From: Synergistaceae bacterium
Lineage (GTDB): Bacteria > Synergistota > Synergistia > Synergistales > Aminobacteriaceae
Reading direction: 5' to 3'
Assembly: GCA_017443945.1 (NCBI GenBank)
Contig: JAFSXS010000052.1
Location: forward strand, 11,160-75,159
DNA: 64,000 nt
Under the pieces are notes generated by a model. The model was not told the DNA's origin, did no database searches, and worked only from the letters and a program-made list of their open reading frames with translations. A program made the position numbers and the translations under genes. This document shows positions 1 through 9,882 of this stretch, one piece after another. The stretch's first letter is position 1; every line of letters begins with the position of its first letter.

Positions 1-1
1 A

Positions 2-925
2 GATACCGGTCCGACAAAGCATATTACTACAGCATGGGCAGCAAATATTTTCAGGGCAGCCAGAAATGAAAGTTTGTTCAGAGTCGGATTTTACACGACT
101 GATAATAACGTGCAGTACAAAATTTTCGTGAACAATTTCGGCAAGGACAAACCCACAGATCCCGGTGAAGCAGAAGTATATTCAGCAGCTGGTAATTTCT
201 CAAACGCAGGCTATCACACAGTAAATTTAACTGATACTATGAAGCTCAACAGCGGCGATTATTATGCAGTAATCGTGAAAATGACTCTAAGCTCCACTTA
301 TAAATATTCAACAGCTGTAGCAGCATTCGTCGATAAATACGCAAGCCCTGACGTTAAACCGGGAGAAAGTTATTTTTCTGATGGTGAACCGGTGCCTTCA
401 GTGTGGCAGGACGGGACAACGATAGAAGGAGGCCCCTATAATGCATGCATAGAAGCTCATACGGTTTTGATAAAGATTAACGAATCAAGCCCGGTTATAA
501 CGACTGATTCACTTCCTGACGCTACAGCAGGCCAGCAATATAATTTCACACTTAATGCTACAGGTACAGGAAAAATCGAATGGAGAAGCGGCAATATTCC
601 CGCAGGACTCGCCTTAAGCCGTGAGGGAGTTATTACGGGAGTTCCTGAGGACTCAGGAGAATACAGCATAAACTTTACAGCTATTAACAGTGCAGGACAG
701 GCAGAGAAAATTTTGACTCTCAACGTAGCAGAGAATCAAAATCCTTCAGAACCTGTAAATCCCGTCAATCCCCCTGCGGATCCTGTCGACCCTGTTAATC
801 CTGATGACGAGCCTCAAAGTTTACCGATGGGCAGCAGCGGAGGCTGTGAGTCGGGCTTTGGTGCGTTATCAATTGTTGTAATTCTTGCTTTGTTCTCTAA
901 GCGCAGGGATATTGCGGAAAAATAA
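2..925 (+). CDS. cell-surface protein, 5' end cut by the window edge; beta-sandwich-like region, one He_PIG-type Ig-like repeat, Pro-rich stalk, Synerg-CTERM-like sorting tail
   Basis: The frame is open from nt 2, with no stop before the track's TTG at 74. The repeat ITTDSLPDATAGQQYNFTLNATGTG...GLALSREGVITGVP fits the putative-Ig (He_PIG) pattern. The C-terminus SSGGCESGFGALSIVVILALFSKRR is a GGC motif plus hydrophobic helix plus basic cluster. Confidence 0.6.
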   Translation, partial: DTGPTKHITTAWAANIFRAARNESLFRVGFYTTDNNVQYKIFVNNFGKDKPTDPGEAEVYSAAGNFSNAGYHTVNLTDTMKLNSGDYYAVIVKMTLSSTYKYSTAVAAFVDKYASPDVKPGESYFSDGEPVPSVWQDGTTIEGGPYNACIEAHTVLIKINESSPVITTDSLPDATAGQQYNFTLNATGTGKIEWRSGNIPAGLALSREGVITGVPEDSGEYSINFTAINSAGQAEKILTLNVAENQNPSEPVNPVNPPADPVDPVNPDDEPQSLPMGSSGGCESGFGALSIVVILALFSKRRDIAEK

Positions 926-945
926 ATTTTCAAGGAGGTTTTATC

Positions 946-3900
946 ATGCGCAGTAAAAGATTTGCAAGTTTGTTTATTATCGCGTTTATTGCAGTATTTA
1001 TATTCGCGGGTAATGCGTTTGCTGACATTGTTGACAGTAGCTCGCCCTATCACGTGTCAAAATGGACATCGTATCGGTATGTTAGTATCGGCTCGGTGTT
1101 TAGTGATTGGAATTCAGGAACTTTCGGCGGAAATTGTTTTATGTTTGCAAGGCTGGTAACTAATAGGCTCAAGAACGTAGATTTTAATCTTCAAGTTAAT
1201 GGAATGCGTGCTATAAGTAATATTAAAGGTGTCGGCCCTCTTGCAGGTAAGTCTGTAAGCAGTATATCTAGACTCATAGCACAACATTTTTACGATGTCA
1301 GCGGAAGTATTACAGAGCAGCAGGTGAAAAATGCTTTTGCCAATGCTAAGGAGGGTGATGTAGTTCAATTTAGGCGCAATTCAAACGCAGGCCAGCACAC
1401 ATTAATAATAGCTAAAGTATACAGCGACGGATTTACGACTCTTGAAGCAAATTCACCCTATGCAGGTACTATCAGCAATCAGGCCAGATATTATAAAGAT
1501 TTCGCTAAACAAATAAATCAAGCTAAAAATTTGGGCGGATTCTCTATTTACAGATTCGGAGTCGATGAAGTTGTACGGCCAAGCATTAAAACCGCTCCGT
1601 GGGGTGATAGAGTTTATGCAGGATATTATTACAGCTTTAAACCTACTGCAACGGGTTCAAATTTAACATGGAGCATTTCGAGCGGCAGTCTTCCGCCGGG
1701 ATTCTCGATTAATTCATCAACAGGCGAAATAAGCGGCACTGCTTCACACACTGCAAGCGGTAAATCCTCGAATATGTGGATAAGTTATATTTTCAATATT
1801 AAAGCGTCAAATTCCGCAGGAGAATCCGTAAAAGAAGCTTGGTTACCTGTGTGGGAGCCGCCTGTAATTGTAACGAATTCACCACTTCCAAACGGTACAC
1901 AGGGACAGTCTTACAGACAAGAAGTCAAAGCAGATGGCACAGCAATGAGTATGACATGGAGAGTCAAAAGCGGTTCTCTTCCTCCCGGACTTACACTTGG
2001 TAAAAGAAATTCTAATTTAGTTGCAGACCGCCGCTATGCTGTAATATCAGGAACACCTACACAGCCCGGTACTTATTCATTTGAGTTAGAATGTGATAAC
2101 GGCAATGGGTTTTATCCTAGAGGCATAGATACTAAGTGGTTTACAATTACTATCAAGGGTACGGAGCCTCCATATGACTCAAGTATCAACATAAATTATA
2201 CCTTCAAGACTCCTTGGTCGCGCGGGGTGTATTATTCTGACTGGGTCAAGACAAATGTTGACAACTATACATGGTTCCAGAATTTTGGCGAACTTCCTCC
2301 AGGTTTGAATATTAGTCGTTCAGGCAAGTATATTTATCTAAGAGGTACACCGACAAAGGCAGGCACTTACAATTTTGCGATAACTATATATAAAATCGCT
2401 AATGGCTGGTATTCAGGTCAAAGGTCGTTCTCATACACAGTTACAATCACAGATTCGAGCAATAATAGTGAATGGCGTTCTTCTGCTATGTCTACAACAT
2501 TTAATTATTTACCAGGCAAAATAGGCACGTCATACAATGATTATATACTCGTCAACGGCGGGGTCGCTCCATACACGGCAAGAATCGTCAGCGGTACAGC
2601 TCCATCAGGGCTAAAACTTTCAACATCAGGACGCTATATAAAATTCACAGGCACACCCAGAGGCCAATGGGGTAATTTCTCGTTTATATTGCGCATAGTT
2701 GGAGCAAATAAAGGCTATGTCGAAAAAAGGTGTTCAATTTACATAAATTATAACCCTGCTTATCCGGCCGGAGACAACGAGGAGGAAAGCCTGACAAAAC
2801 CTAAGATTATAACAAGCTCCCTTATTGACGCAAATGTAAACGCAGAATATTCCGCAGCAATCGAGGCAACCGGAGCAACGCCTATAACTTGGACTCTCAT
2901 AAACAGCAATTTACCGGAAGGCGTGAGCTTTGACGCAAACGAAGGCACAGTAACAGGCATTTTCACGGAAGCAGGCAAATATTCACTCACAGTCAAGGCT
3001 GATAACCCGGTAGGTTCAAAGACTAAGACCGTAAAAATTAAAGTCTTGCCAGCAAAACCGTTAATCATCACTGAAGAATTGCCTATGGGAGTATTGCGTG
3101 AAGAATATAATATCCCAATCGAGGCAGAAGGCACAGATCTTAAATTCTCTAAGAGCGGCAGTTTCCCAAGTGGACTTAAACTCGACAAGAAAACGGGATT
3201 AATTTACGGCACACCTAAGAGAGCAGGCACTTACACATTCACAATTACGGCCAAGAATAAAGCAGGCTCTGACTCGAAAGAATTTACGCTTGAGATTAAC
3301 CCTGGCGACCCGCCTTCTATTGATATTACGAGCTTACCCGATGGAACTGTGAAGACTTATTACGAGACTACGATTACAACATCAGGATCAAGCCCGATAA
3401 AATGGACTAAGAACGGGACTCTTCCTTCAGGACTCAAGCTCAACAAAAAAACGGGCATTTTGTCAGGTACACCTAGGAAGGCAGGCACTTATACATTCTC
3501 GATAACTGCAACGAATGACGCAGGCAGCGACACAAAAGAATTTGAACTCGTAATCAAGAATAATGCAGGAGGCAGCAATAATACGACCTCAAGCAATAAA
3601 GACGAAAGCGAGTCTAATTCCGGTAGCTATGGAGAAAACCGCCCGGTCGTCGAACTTGAAGCAAACGAAGACATCACCGGCAATTCAGGCAGCATTCAGA
3701 CTCATTTATATCTAGTCAGCGATGATGAAGACATAGAAGGATCTATCACTGTCGAACCCGATAAGGCTTTAACGTTCAAAATAGGCGAATGGGTCAATAG
3801 TTCCGGCGTTGCTGCAGAAGTATCTGACGTGAAAATCTTTATTGACTCTGAAGAAATTTCAAGCGATATAGTAATTTCTGATGATGAGTCTTTCGTTTTG

Positions 3901-4149
3901 CCGAGTGAGCTTGTAACGGGAGAATTTACAATTTATGCAAAGGCTCTCGCAGGAAGTCTCGAACTCACGACCAGAGAAATTAATATTATTGCAAATGACG
4001 ATGATATTAATAACGGTCAGAGTATAACAGCATCACAAAGCGGGAACACTGACGAAAACGGCACACTGAGCGCAGGGGGATGTAACATCAGCTTTGCAGG
4101 AGTTGTTTTACTCGTTTTGTGCGGCACTATGATATTCAGGAAGAAATAA
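946..4149 (+). CDS. 1067-aa surface protein: signal peptide, N-terminal papain-fold (CHAP/NlpC-P60-like) domain, about 9 He_PIG Ig-like repeats, acidic region, Synerg-CTERM-like tail
   Basis: SD aaggagg lies upstream of the ATG. The signal peptide is MRSKRFASLFIIAFIAVFIFAGNAFA. A Cys...His pair (GGNCFMFAR ... GQHTLIIAKV) resembles CHAP/NlpC-P60. Repeats carry LP.G..Y...I.A.G...I.W....LP.GL.L....G.I.GTP..AGTY.F. The C-terminus is SAGGCNISFAGVVLLVLCGTMIFRKK. Confidence 0.75.
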   Translation: MRSKRFASLFIIAFIAVFIFAGNAFADIVDSSSPYHVSKWTSYRYVSIGSVFSDWNSGTFGGNCFMFARLVTNRLKNVDFNLQVNGMRAISNIKGVGPLAGKSVSSISRLIAQHFYDVSGSITEQQVKNAFANAKEGDVVQFRRNSNAGQHTLIIAKVYSDGFTTLEANSPYAGTISNQARYYKDFAKQINQAKNLGGFSIYRFGVDEVVRPSIKTAPWGDRVYAGYYYSFKPTATGSNLTWSISSGSLPPGFSINSSTGEISGTASHTASGKSSNMWISYIFNIKASNSAGESVKEAWLPVWEPPVIVTNSPLPNGTQGQSYRQEVKADGTAMSMTWRVKSGSLPPGLTLGKRNSNLVADRRYAVISGTPTQPGTYSFELECDNGNGFYPRGIDTKWFTITIKGTEPPYDSSININYTFKTPWSRGVYYSDWVKTNVDNYTWFQNFGELPPGLNISRSGKYIYLRGTPTKAGTYNFAITIYKIANGWYSGQRSFSYTVTITDSSNNSEWRSSAMSTTFNYLPGKIGTSYNDYILVNGGVAPYTARIVSGTAPSGLKLSTSGRYIKFTGTPRGQWGNFSFILRIVGANKGYVEKRCSIYINYNPAYPAGDNEEESLTKPKIITSSLIDANVNAEYSAAIEATGATPITWTLINSNLPEGVSFDANEGTVTGIFTEAGKYSLTVKADNPVGSKTKTVKIKVLPAKPLIITEELPMGVLREEYNIPIEAEGTDLKFSKSGSFPSGLKLDKKTGLIYGTPKRAGTYTFTITAKNKAGSDSKEFTLEINPGDPPSIDITSLPDGTVKTYYETTITTSGSSPIKWTKNGTLPSGLKLNKKTGILSGTPRKAGTYTFSITATNDAGSDTKEFELVIKNNAGGSNNTTSSNKDESESNSGSYGENRPVVELEANEDITGNSGSIQTHLYLVSDDEDIEGSITVEPDKALTFKIGEWVNSSGVAAEVSDVKIFIDSEEISSDIVISDDESFVLPSELVTGEFTIYAKALAGSLELTTREINIIANDDDINNGQSITASQSGNTDENGTLSAGGCNISFAGVVLLVLCGTMIFRKK

Positions 4150-4162
4150 TTTATTTTGCTTT

Positions 4163-4194
4163 TCCCCCTTGTTAACGCGAGGGGGATTTTTTTT
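4163..4194 (+). terminator. intrinsic terminator after the surface-protein gene
   Basis: Stem TCCCCCT (4163-4169) pairs with AGGGGGA (4180-4186), followed by a T8 run. Confidence 0.7.
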
Positions 4195-4233
4195 GCGGTT
4201 ATAATATATATAAATTTTAGGGAGGCTATAATC

Positions 4234-4713
4234 TTGCAGGAAGTCTTGAATAAATTAAACGAGCTTGGCATTAATTACGAACTCGAAGAACATGAAGCAG
4301 TCTTTACAATCGAGGCAATTATAAAACTTGGCCTGAACAAACGCGGAATGATTCCAGTAAATTTATTTTTGCGCGACGCTAACGGGAAGAGACATTTTTT
4401 AGTGATCCATGACGGCGAGAAACAAACTGACCTCAAAAAATTGCGTGAACAAATTATTTGCTCGCGTTTGAGCTTTGGCTCTGAAGAAAGATTATATAAA
4501 CATTTAGGACTCACAAAAGGTTCCGTGTCTCCGTTCGGGCTGATAAATAATATAAATAATGACGTAGAATTAATCATTGACTCAAGCATAAGAAATCAGC
4601 CGCTTTTAGGTTTTCACCCGAATATAAATACTGCGACTGTTTGGCTTAGTTATCAGGATTTCATGAAATTTGTTAATGCCTGCGGGAATCCTGTAAAATT
4701 TGTTGACTGCTAG
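4234..4713 (+). CDS. YbaK/ProX-type aminoacyl-tRNA deacylase domain protein
   Basis: The track ORF starts at 4156 inside the upstream terminator. An in-frame TTG at 4234 is preceded by GGAGG (4221-4225). The sequence ...GSVSPFGLINN...ELIIDSS... fits the YbaK/aaRS-associated editing domain. Confidence 0.65.
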   Translation: MQEVLNKLNELGINYELEEHEAVFTIEAIIKLGLNKRGMIPVNLFLRDANGKRHFLVIHDGEKQTDLKKLREQIICSRLSFGSEERLYKHLGLTKGSVSPFGLINNINNDVELIIDSSIRNQPLLGFHPNINTATVWLSYQDFMKFVNACGNPVKFVDC

Positions 4714-5820
4714 TTATTTTAAGCCGTTAACATAAATTATATTGCTCCCTGTGTTAATATTCTTGAGCGTTCGGCCTGAAAGACTCTCAACTTTTGCGAA
4801 TAATTCCGGCTGAGTCTCTTCACTTTGCGAGATTTCATAATTAGGAATCGGGATTCTTTCTCCGTCTTCATTGAGCGCGATTACTCCTTGATTCTGGATT
4901 CTGTCATAGACTTCACCGCCGTGTAAAAAATAACTCGGTTCATTAGGTGCATTCAGTGAAGGAACTATTATATTTGCTGGTCTTGCAAGTTCGTCAAGGA
5001 AATTAAACGCTTCCATCAAAATCGAGTCAATTTTATCCGTATCTCCGGCAGCTTCTGAAATTTTTTGCGGCAATTCGTCGCGCCATTCCTGAATTTTATT
5101 AATTTGCTGCTGTATTAATTGCGAGCTTTTTTCGGCCGATTCTGAGTCCATCACTAAATATTGCGTTAAATTTTCGAGTCTCTCTCTAACTGTAGGGACG
5201 CTCTTGTCTGTCTGCACGATTTCGCTCGTTAAAGTTGACTGCGATTTTATTTTTACGTCATCGCTTACAGTGTACCAGCCGGGGGAGCTTATCTCGTAAA
5301 ATTCTGCGCCGTTTTCGTCATGTTTGACTCTTACTTCCATATTAGGCTGCCAGACTTCCCGAACGTTCCATTTTTCGCCGCTGCTGATTCGAGTTCTCAT
5401 GCGTTCAAGAATGCTAGACATTTGCGAGTCCTGCCAGTTTTCGGTCTGTTCGCGTGAAAGATTTTGCGACATTCTTAAATTTCCCGGTATCATGAACAAA
5501 TTATCATTTAAATCAGCAAGTTCAATCTGAATTTCGACTCTATCAAGATCGTCGAGACTTTTATCTTGTGCAAGTGTAGCTAAATCATGCATTTTTTCGA
5601 GAATATTCTGCGCTTTCTTCATGGCCTCGTCCATTTTCTTAGTGGCCGGGTCATATTTCACGATATTTTCTGCTTTGTTAGTGCCTTGCGATTTCTGCAG
5701 CCCTGACTCGGACAATCTCACAGAGTCATTATTTTTCTGCAAATTAACTTGAGGCAGGACACTTTTATTTTGCCTTAACGTGTTAAAGTTTGAGAGTAAA
5801 TTTATTGCTTGAATCCTCAT
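4714..5820 (-). CDS. hypothetical protein; the N-terminal helices weakly resemble the flagellin N-domain
   Basis: 368-aa ORF whose start lies 2 nt after the pepP-like stop. MRIQAINLL...DRVEIQIELADLNDNL resembles the flagellin/HAP N-terminal helix. There is no flagellin C-terminus and no LSSG.RIN motif. Confidence 0.4.
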   Translation of the reverse strand: MRIQAINLLSNFNTLRQNKSVLPQVNLQKNNDSVRLSESGLQKSQGTNKAENIVKYDPATKKMDEAMKKAQNILEKMHDLATLAQDKSLDDLDRVEIQIELADLNDNLFMIPGNLRMSQNLSREQTENWQDSQMSSILERMRTRISSGEKWNVREVWQPNMEVRVKHDENGAEFYEISSPGWYTVSDDVKIKSQSTLTSEIVQTDKSVPTVRERLENLTQYLVMDSESAEKSSQLIQQQINKIQEWRDELPQKISEAAGDTDKIDSILMEAFNFLDELARPANIIVPSLNAPNEPSYFLHGGEVYDRIQNQGVIALNEDGERIPIPNYEISQSEETQPELFAKVESLSGRTLKNINTGSNIIYVNGLK

Positions 5821-5822
5821 GA

Positions 5823-6911
5823 TTATATCACCTCAATACTTTGATTATCGTTAATAGTCAGACATTCGCAGCCGTCTTCAGTGATTAAATAGTCGTCTTC
5901 AATTCGCAGGCCGCCCCAGCCTTCTATGTAAATTCCCGGCTCAATTGTAACGACATCACCGGCTCGTAAAATGTCCTTTGAGGTACGCGACAATCTCGGC
6001 GACTCGTGAACTTCCAAGCCCAGCCCATGACCAAGTCCATGCAAAAAATTTTTCCCGTAGCCTGCATTCTCTATAACTTTACGCGCAATTAAATCAACGT
6101 CAAAACCTGATACGCCCGGACGAAGTGCTTTTGCTGCCTGATTATGAGCGTCTAACAAAATATTATTTATTTCTCGTGCCTTGTCGCTTAAATGAGTCAA
6201 TGCAAAATTTCTTGTAATATCACTCATATAGCCGTTCACCATTGCGCCGTAATCGACTGTAACAATATCGCCTTCAGCAAATTTTTTATCAGTTGCCGGA
6301 GCATGACACATCGCCGTTCTTTCACCTGAAGCGACAATAAAATCATCGTGTGCCCAGCCTTTTTCTGCGCCTAATAATTTAATTTGTTCGTTGAGCTTTA
6401 TATCAAATTCTATTTCAGTCATTCCGGGGCGGGTTTGCTTTAAAACGTTTGCAAGAGCTTGACGGCCGATTTTCGCAGCTTGTTTGATGTACTCGATTTC
6501 TTGAGAGTCTTTGCAGCGTCTTAGAGTCAATATTAAGTCCGACGAGTCAACCCAGTTAGCTTTTACGGGAACAAAATATTTTATGTAATCGGCGTGAGAA
6601 ATTTTTTCTGCCTCGAAACCTACATTAACCCAGTCAGAATCTTTTACGGCGTTTGCAATGTATTCATAGACAGAAATTTTTGATTGAATGATGATATTAT
6701 AATTACTCTGCAATTTTGCCTGTGTCGTATAGCGTCCGTCGGTGATTAATATTGCGTCGTTGTGAGTTATTATCAGTCCGGCCGAACTCCCGCGAAAACC
6801 TGAAATATAATGACAACTTTCTGAATTTGCGCGTTCATCTACTATTAAGACAAAGGAGTCTAATTTTCTTTCATGCATTAAAGCGCGTAATTTTTCGAGT
6901 CTAGCGTTCAT
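5823..6911 (-). CDS. M24-family Xaa-Pro aminopeptidase/dipeptidase
   Basis: Creatinase-like N-domain followed by the M24 metal-ligand pattern (DYGAMVNGYMSDITR, HGLGHGLGLEVHE, IEPGIY, LRIEDD). Confidence 0.9.
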   Translation of the reverse strand: MNARLEKLRALMHERKLDSFVLIVDERANSESCHYISGFRGSSAGLIITHNDAILITDGRYTTQAKLQSNYNIIIQSKISVYEYIANAVKDSDWVNVGFEAEKISHADYIKYFVPVKANWVDSSDLILTLRRCKDSQEIEYIKQAAKIGRQALANVLKQTRPGMTEIEFDIKLNEQIKLLGAEKGWAHDDFIVASGERTAMCHAPATDKKFAEGDIVTVDYGAMVNGYMSDITRNFALTHLSDKAREINNILLDAHNQAAKALRPGVSGFDVDLIARKVIENAGYGKNFLHGLGHGLGLEVHESPRLSRTSKDILRAGDVVTIEPGIYIEGWGGLRIEDDYLITEDGCECLTINDNQSIEVI

Positions 6912-6917
6912 TGAGTA

Positions 6918-7715
6918 TCACTCCTGAAAAAATTTCATGATTCGTTCTTTATAGTCGGGTGCCTCGTCATAAGCTGCATGGCCGTAATTCTCGTAAATAT
7001 ATAATTGAGCACCGATTTTATTTGCTGTCTCACGTGAATAATCAGCCCCGAAAATTTTATCAAGTTCAGCACCGATTACAAGAACGGGAGATTTTATCTT
7101 GTCTAGCTGGTCATAAATATCAAAGTCTCTAACTGCTTTAGTAAGAATTATAAATCTTTCAAGCTCTGAGTCGCTCAAATTTTTATTTGCGTCAAGAATT
7201 GCATCACGATATTTTGCGAAAAATTCCGGCGTATAAACATTTTCGGAGAATGCTAGATTTACGGCGTTAATATTTTTCTCGCGGGCAAGAGTCAATAAAT
7301 CATTCCAAAATTTTACTGTTCTAGGCTTTGCACGTGAGAGAGTAGAGCCTAATACAATTTTTCGAGTCAAATCCGGCCGATTCACAGCTAAAGACTGCGC
7401 AATCATTCCGCCCATTGACACGCCTAAAATGTCAGCATTCTTTATCCCTAGCGAGTCAAGAGAGTCGGCCAAGTCCTGCGCTAAATTTGAGATATTATAA
7501 TTTTCCGGTAAATCATCGCGGACATCGAACAAGAATACTTCATAATCGCGCGAAAAAATTTTATATGCTTCTGCGACTGAATCAGCGTAATTCATTACAC
7601 TTTTTAAGCTCATACCGGGAATTATCACGAACTTATTTTGACTCGCTTTATTGCCGAACCTGAAAAATTTTAACGCAAATCTTTCTGTCTTGAGTGACTC
7701 TATTTTTATGGGCAT
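6918..7715 (-). CDS. alpha/beta-fold hydrolase
   Basis: Nucleophile elbow GVSMGGMIAQ and a C-terminal His (YGHAAY). I prefer the ATG at 7715 (MPIKIE...) with AAGGAG upstream. The track start at 7817 would overlap the upstream gene. Confidence 0.8.
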   Translation of the reverse strand: MPIKIESLKTERFALKFFRFGNKASQNKFVIIPGMSLKSVMNYADSVAEAYKIFSRDYEVFLFDVRDDLPENYNISNLAQDLADSLDSLGIKNADILGVSMGGMIAQSLAVNRPDLTRKIVLGSTLSRAKPRTVKFWNDLLTLAREKNINAVNLAFSENVYTPEFFAKYRDAILDANKNLSDSELERFIILTKAVRDFDIYDQLDKIKSPVLVIGAELDKIFGADYSRETANKIGAQLYIYENYGHAAYDEAPDYKERIMKFFQE

Positions 7716-7731
7716 GATTGACTCCTTCGCG

Positions 7732-9768
7732 TTAGTCCTGCTGATAATTATATGACTGCATAATAATATACATGACATTATCAATATCAGATAGTTTTTC
7801 CATATAAATTTCAACATCGCCGTTTCCCCACTTTCTTTGTCCTGTTGTATCTTTGCAAATGCCTTCAGGGTCGTTTATGTCTGCAAATTTCATGTTAATA
7901 GCGATTCTAAGCCTCTGACTCTGAAAGAAGACATCAGCAAAATTTGTATCGAGCTTATAAGCAATATATAATTTCTTGAATTCACGCCTTACATATGACG
8001 AAATATTTTGAATGCGCGAGTCCAGCAAATTAAATAATTCCATCGTGTGAGCATTAGTACTGTAACTTGCCATGCTGTAACGCTCTTCCTGCCCCTGATA
8101 TTTAGCGAGTTCTTCAGGTGTCATGCTAGGAAATTCCCATATTTTGACTGCCTTAGACGCTAATAAATTCGCGCGGTTAATAATATTTTGCTCGTTCCAT
8201 TCCGTTAAAGCTATAATATCAGAATTAAGACGTAAAGCACTTTGCTTAAATCCGCCTGTTATATTCATTTTTTCAGTGAATGAGCTGTTACTCATTTCAG
8301 AATTATAAGCAGTCAGAGTCAAATTTCCGATCGTGTGCAAATATTTTTTCTGAATTTCGCGCCAGTTATCACCGAGCATTTTTTGCCATTCCTGAGTCAA
8401 AGTCTGCGGCATTATGTGCTCAATAGTATAATTTGCCATGTTTATGGGAGCTTTATTATCAAAATTTTCGAGTCGGCTCAATATAAATTTATGAGTCTGC
8501 ATTGTATAAATATCACGATTCACAAACGCAGCAATAAATTTATCATCATCAGGAAATTCACGATAACCGCTGCACATGAGAAAAAATGCTTTGATAGAGT
8601 TTACATAATCATCGGGTTTTATTGCATTTCTCAAAGTCGCAAAAGTTTTATTCAATGAATTTGTCGGGAAATCGCATATACTTCGGCGGAAGACATAACT
8701 AATACAGAGCCTCAAAACTTGTTTAAATTCTGAATCACTGATAATTTTTTTCTCGTAATCATCACGGACTCTGAGCAAAAACGGATAAGATATGCTCATT
8801 CTAAGCTCGTTAATGTCCTCATAGAGATATTTAATTTCTGAGTCAGTGCTCCTCATGAAAATTATATCAGTGTAATAGACGGCATATTTATATAAATCGG
8901 CGCATAAATCGCGGGCTGATGCAAATTCTGAATTTATGCTGTAATGTTTAAATTCTTCGTAAGTGCGGTTCTTGTTGGGTATCCGGGCAAGTTTCATAGT
9001 TATATAATCGCGAAAGAAATCATCCATACTAGCGATACCAAAAAGTTTTTCCATTGGTCTCCATGAATGTTCATAAATATACGTCTGCTCGTCTGAATCA
9101 AGTCCCATCAGCAAATAATTTCGTATTAAGTCAGACTCTGATAATTCTTTGCCGGTTGAGTTCAAACTCTCAAAAATTGCCTGCGCGTCATCGTCTGAAC
9201 GGTCGAGAGTTATATTTACAATTTGGAGTTTACCTATAGACTCGTATATTTCTAATGGCTGCAAGACTTTATCATTAATTTTGTCGGCAAAAAATTTATA
9301 ATTCTCCAGCAGTCTTGATTTAGTGCCATTATTTATGGGCTTATGCTCAACGAGACTAATAAAAATTTCGCGGTCTGAGTCAGTCAACAGCAATTTATAA
9401 CGCTCGTAACCGTCAACATATTCATTTTTCAGAAATGTATTGTCAATACGACGTGTATTAATATTATTATCCTGCGTTTTTTCGGCATAATCGCGAAGGG
9501 CAGTCAGCAATAATAAAATTGTAGTGATTCGCTGTTGTCCGTCGATAATTAAAAATTTTTCAACGCCCGTTGCCGATGCATGTTCAACAACATTTACAAT
9601 AGAGCCGATGAAATGAGCTTTTCTCCCGTTTTTCTGCATTGAGACAATATCATTATATAACTGCCTGCACTGCTCAATATCCCAGCTGTAAAATCTCTGA
9701 TAAATCGGGATTATAAATTGCTTCTCACCGTTTAACATCGTATTTATATTACTTTTTTGCGCGTACAT
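7732..9768 (-). CDS. GmrSD-like type IV restriction endonuclease (DUF262 + DUF1524) with an extra C-terminal domain
   Basis: DUF262 motifs are QRFYSWD and IDGQQRITT. The DUF1524 His-Me finger pattern is YTIEHIMPQ...HTIGNLTLTAYNSEMSN. About 120 extra aa follow. The start is set at ATG 9768 (MYAQKS...), preceded by GGGAG. Confidence 0.8.
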   Translation of the reverse strand: MYAQKSNINTMLNGEKQFIIPIYQRFYSWDIEQCRQLYNDIVSMQKNGRKAHFIGSIVNVVEHASATGVEKFLIIDGQQRITTILLLLTALRDYAEKTQDNNINTRRIDNTFLKNEYVDGYERYKLLLTDSDREIFISLVEHKPINNGTKSRLLENYKFFADKINDKVLQPLEIYESIGKLQIVNITLDRSDDDAQAIFESLNSTGKELSESDLIRNYLLMGLDSDEQTYIYEHSWRPMEKLFGIASMDDFFRDYITMKLARIPNKNRTYEEFKHYSINSEFASARDLCADLYKYAVYYTDIIFMRSTDSEIKYLYEDINELRMSISYPFLLRVRDDYEKKIISDSEFKQVLRLCISYVFRRSICDFPTNSLNKTFATLRNAIKPDDYVNSIKAFFLMCSGYREFPDDDKFIAAFVNRDIYTMQTHKFILSRLENFDNKAPINMANYTIEHIMPQTLTQEWQKMLGDNWREIQKKYLHTIGNLTLTAYNSEMSNSSFTEKMNITGGFKQSALRLNSDIIALTEWNEQNIINRANLLASKAVKIWEFPSMTPEELAKYQGQEERYSMASYSTNAHTMELFNLLDSRIQNISSYVRREFKKLYIAYKLDTNFADVFFQSQRLRIAINMKFADINDPEGICKDTTGQRKWGNGDVEIYMEKLSDIDNVMYIIMQSYNYQQD

Positions 9769-9882
9769 GTTATATTTCTCCCTGTCATAATAATAATAAA
9801 GCAAAGTCAAAGGCTTAAAACCTTTTTTTTGCACCGGTGCGGGGCGATAGCTACTCTCGTTGGTCGCAGCAAAAAATTTTTA

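Noticed and set aside
4156-4233. N-terminal extensions proposed by the ORF track (also at 7716-7817, 9769-9834, 21360-21425, 28736-28810, 36291-36413, 54688-54735 and 56460-56501)
   Set aside because: Each extension runs through an upstream terminator, gene end or AT-rich spacer. Each is followed by an in-frame start with a proper SD, where the recognisable protein begins.
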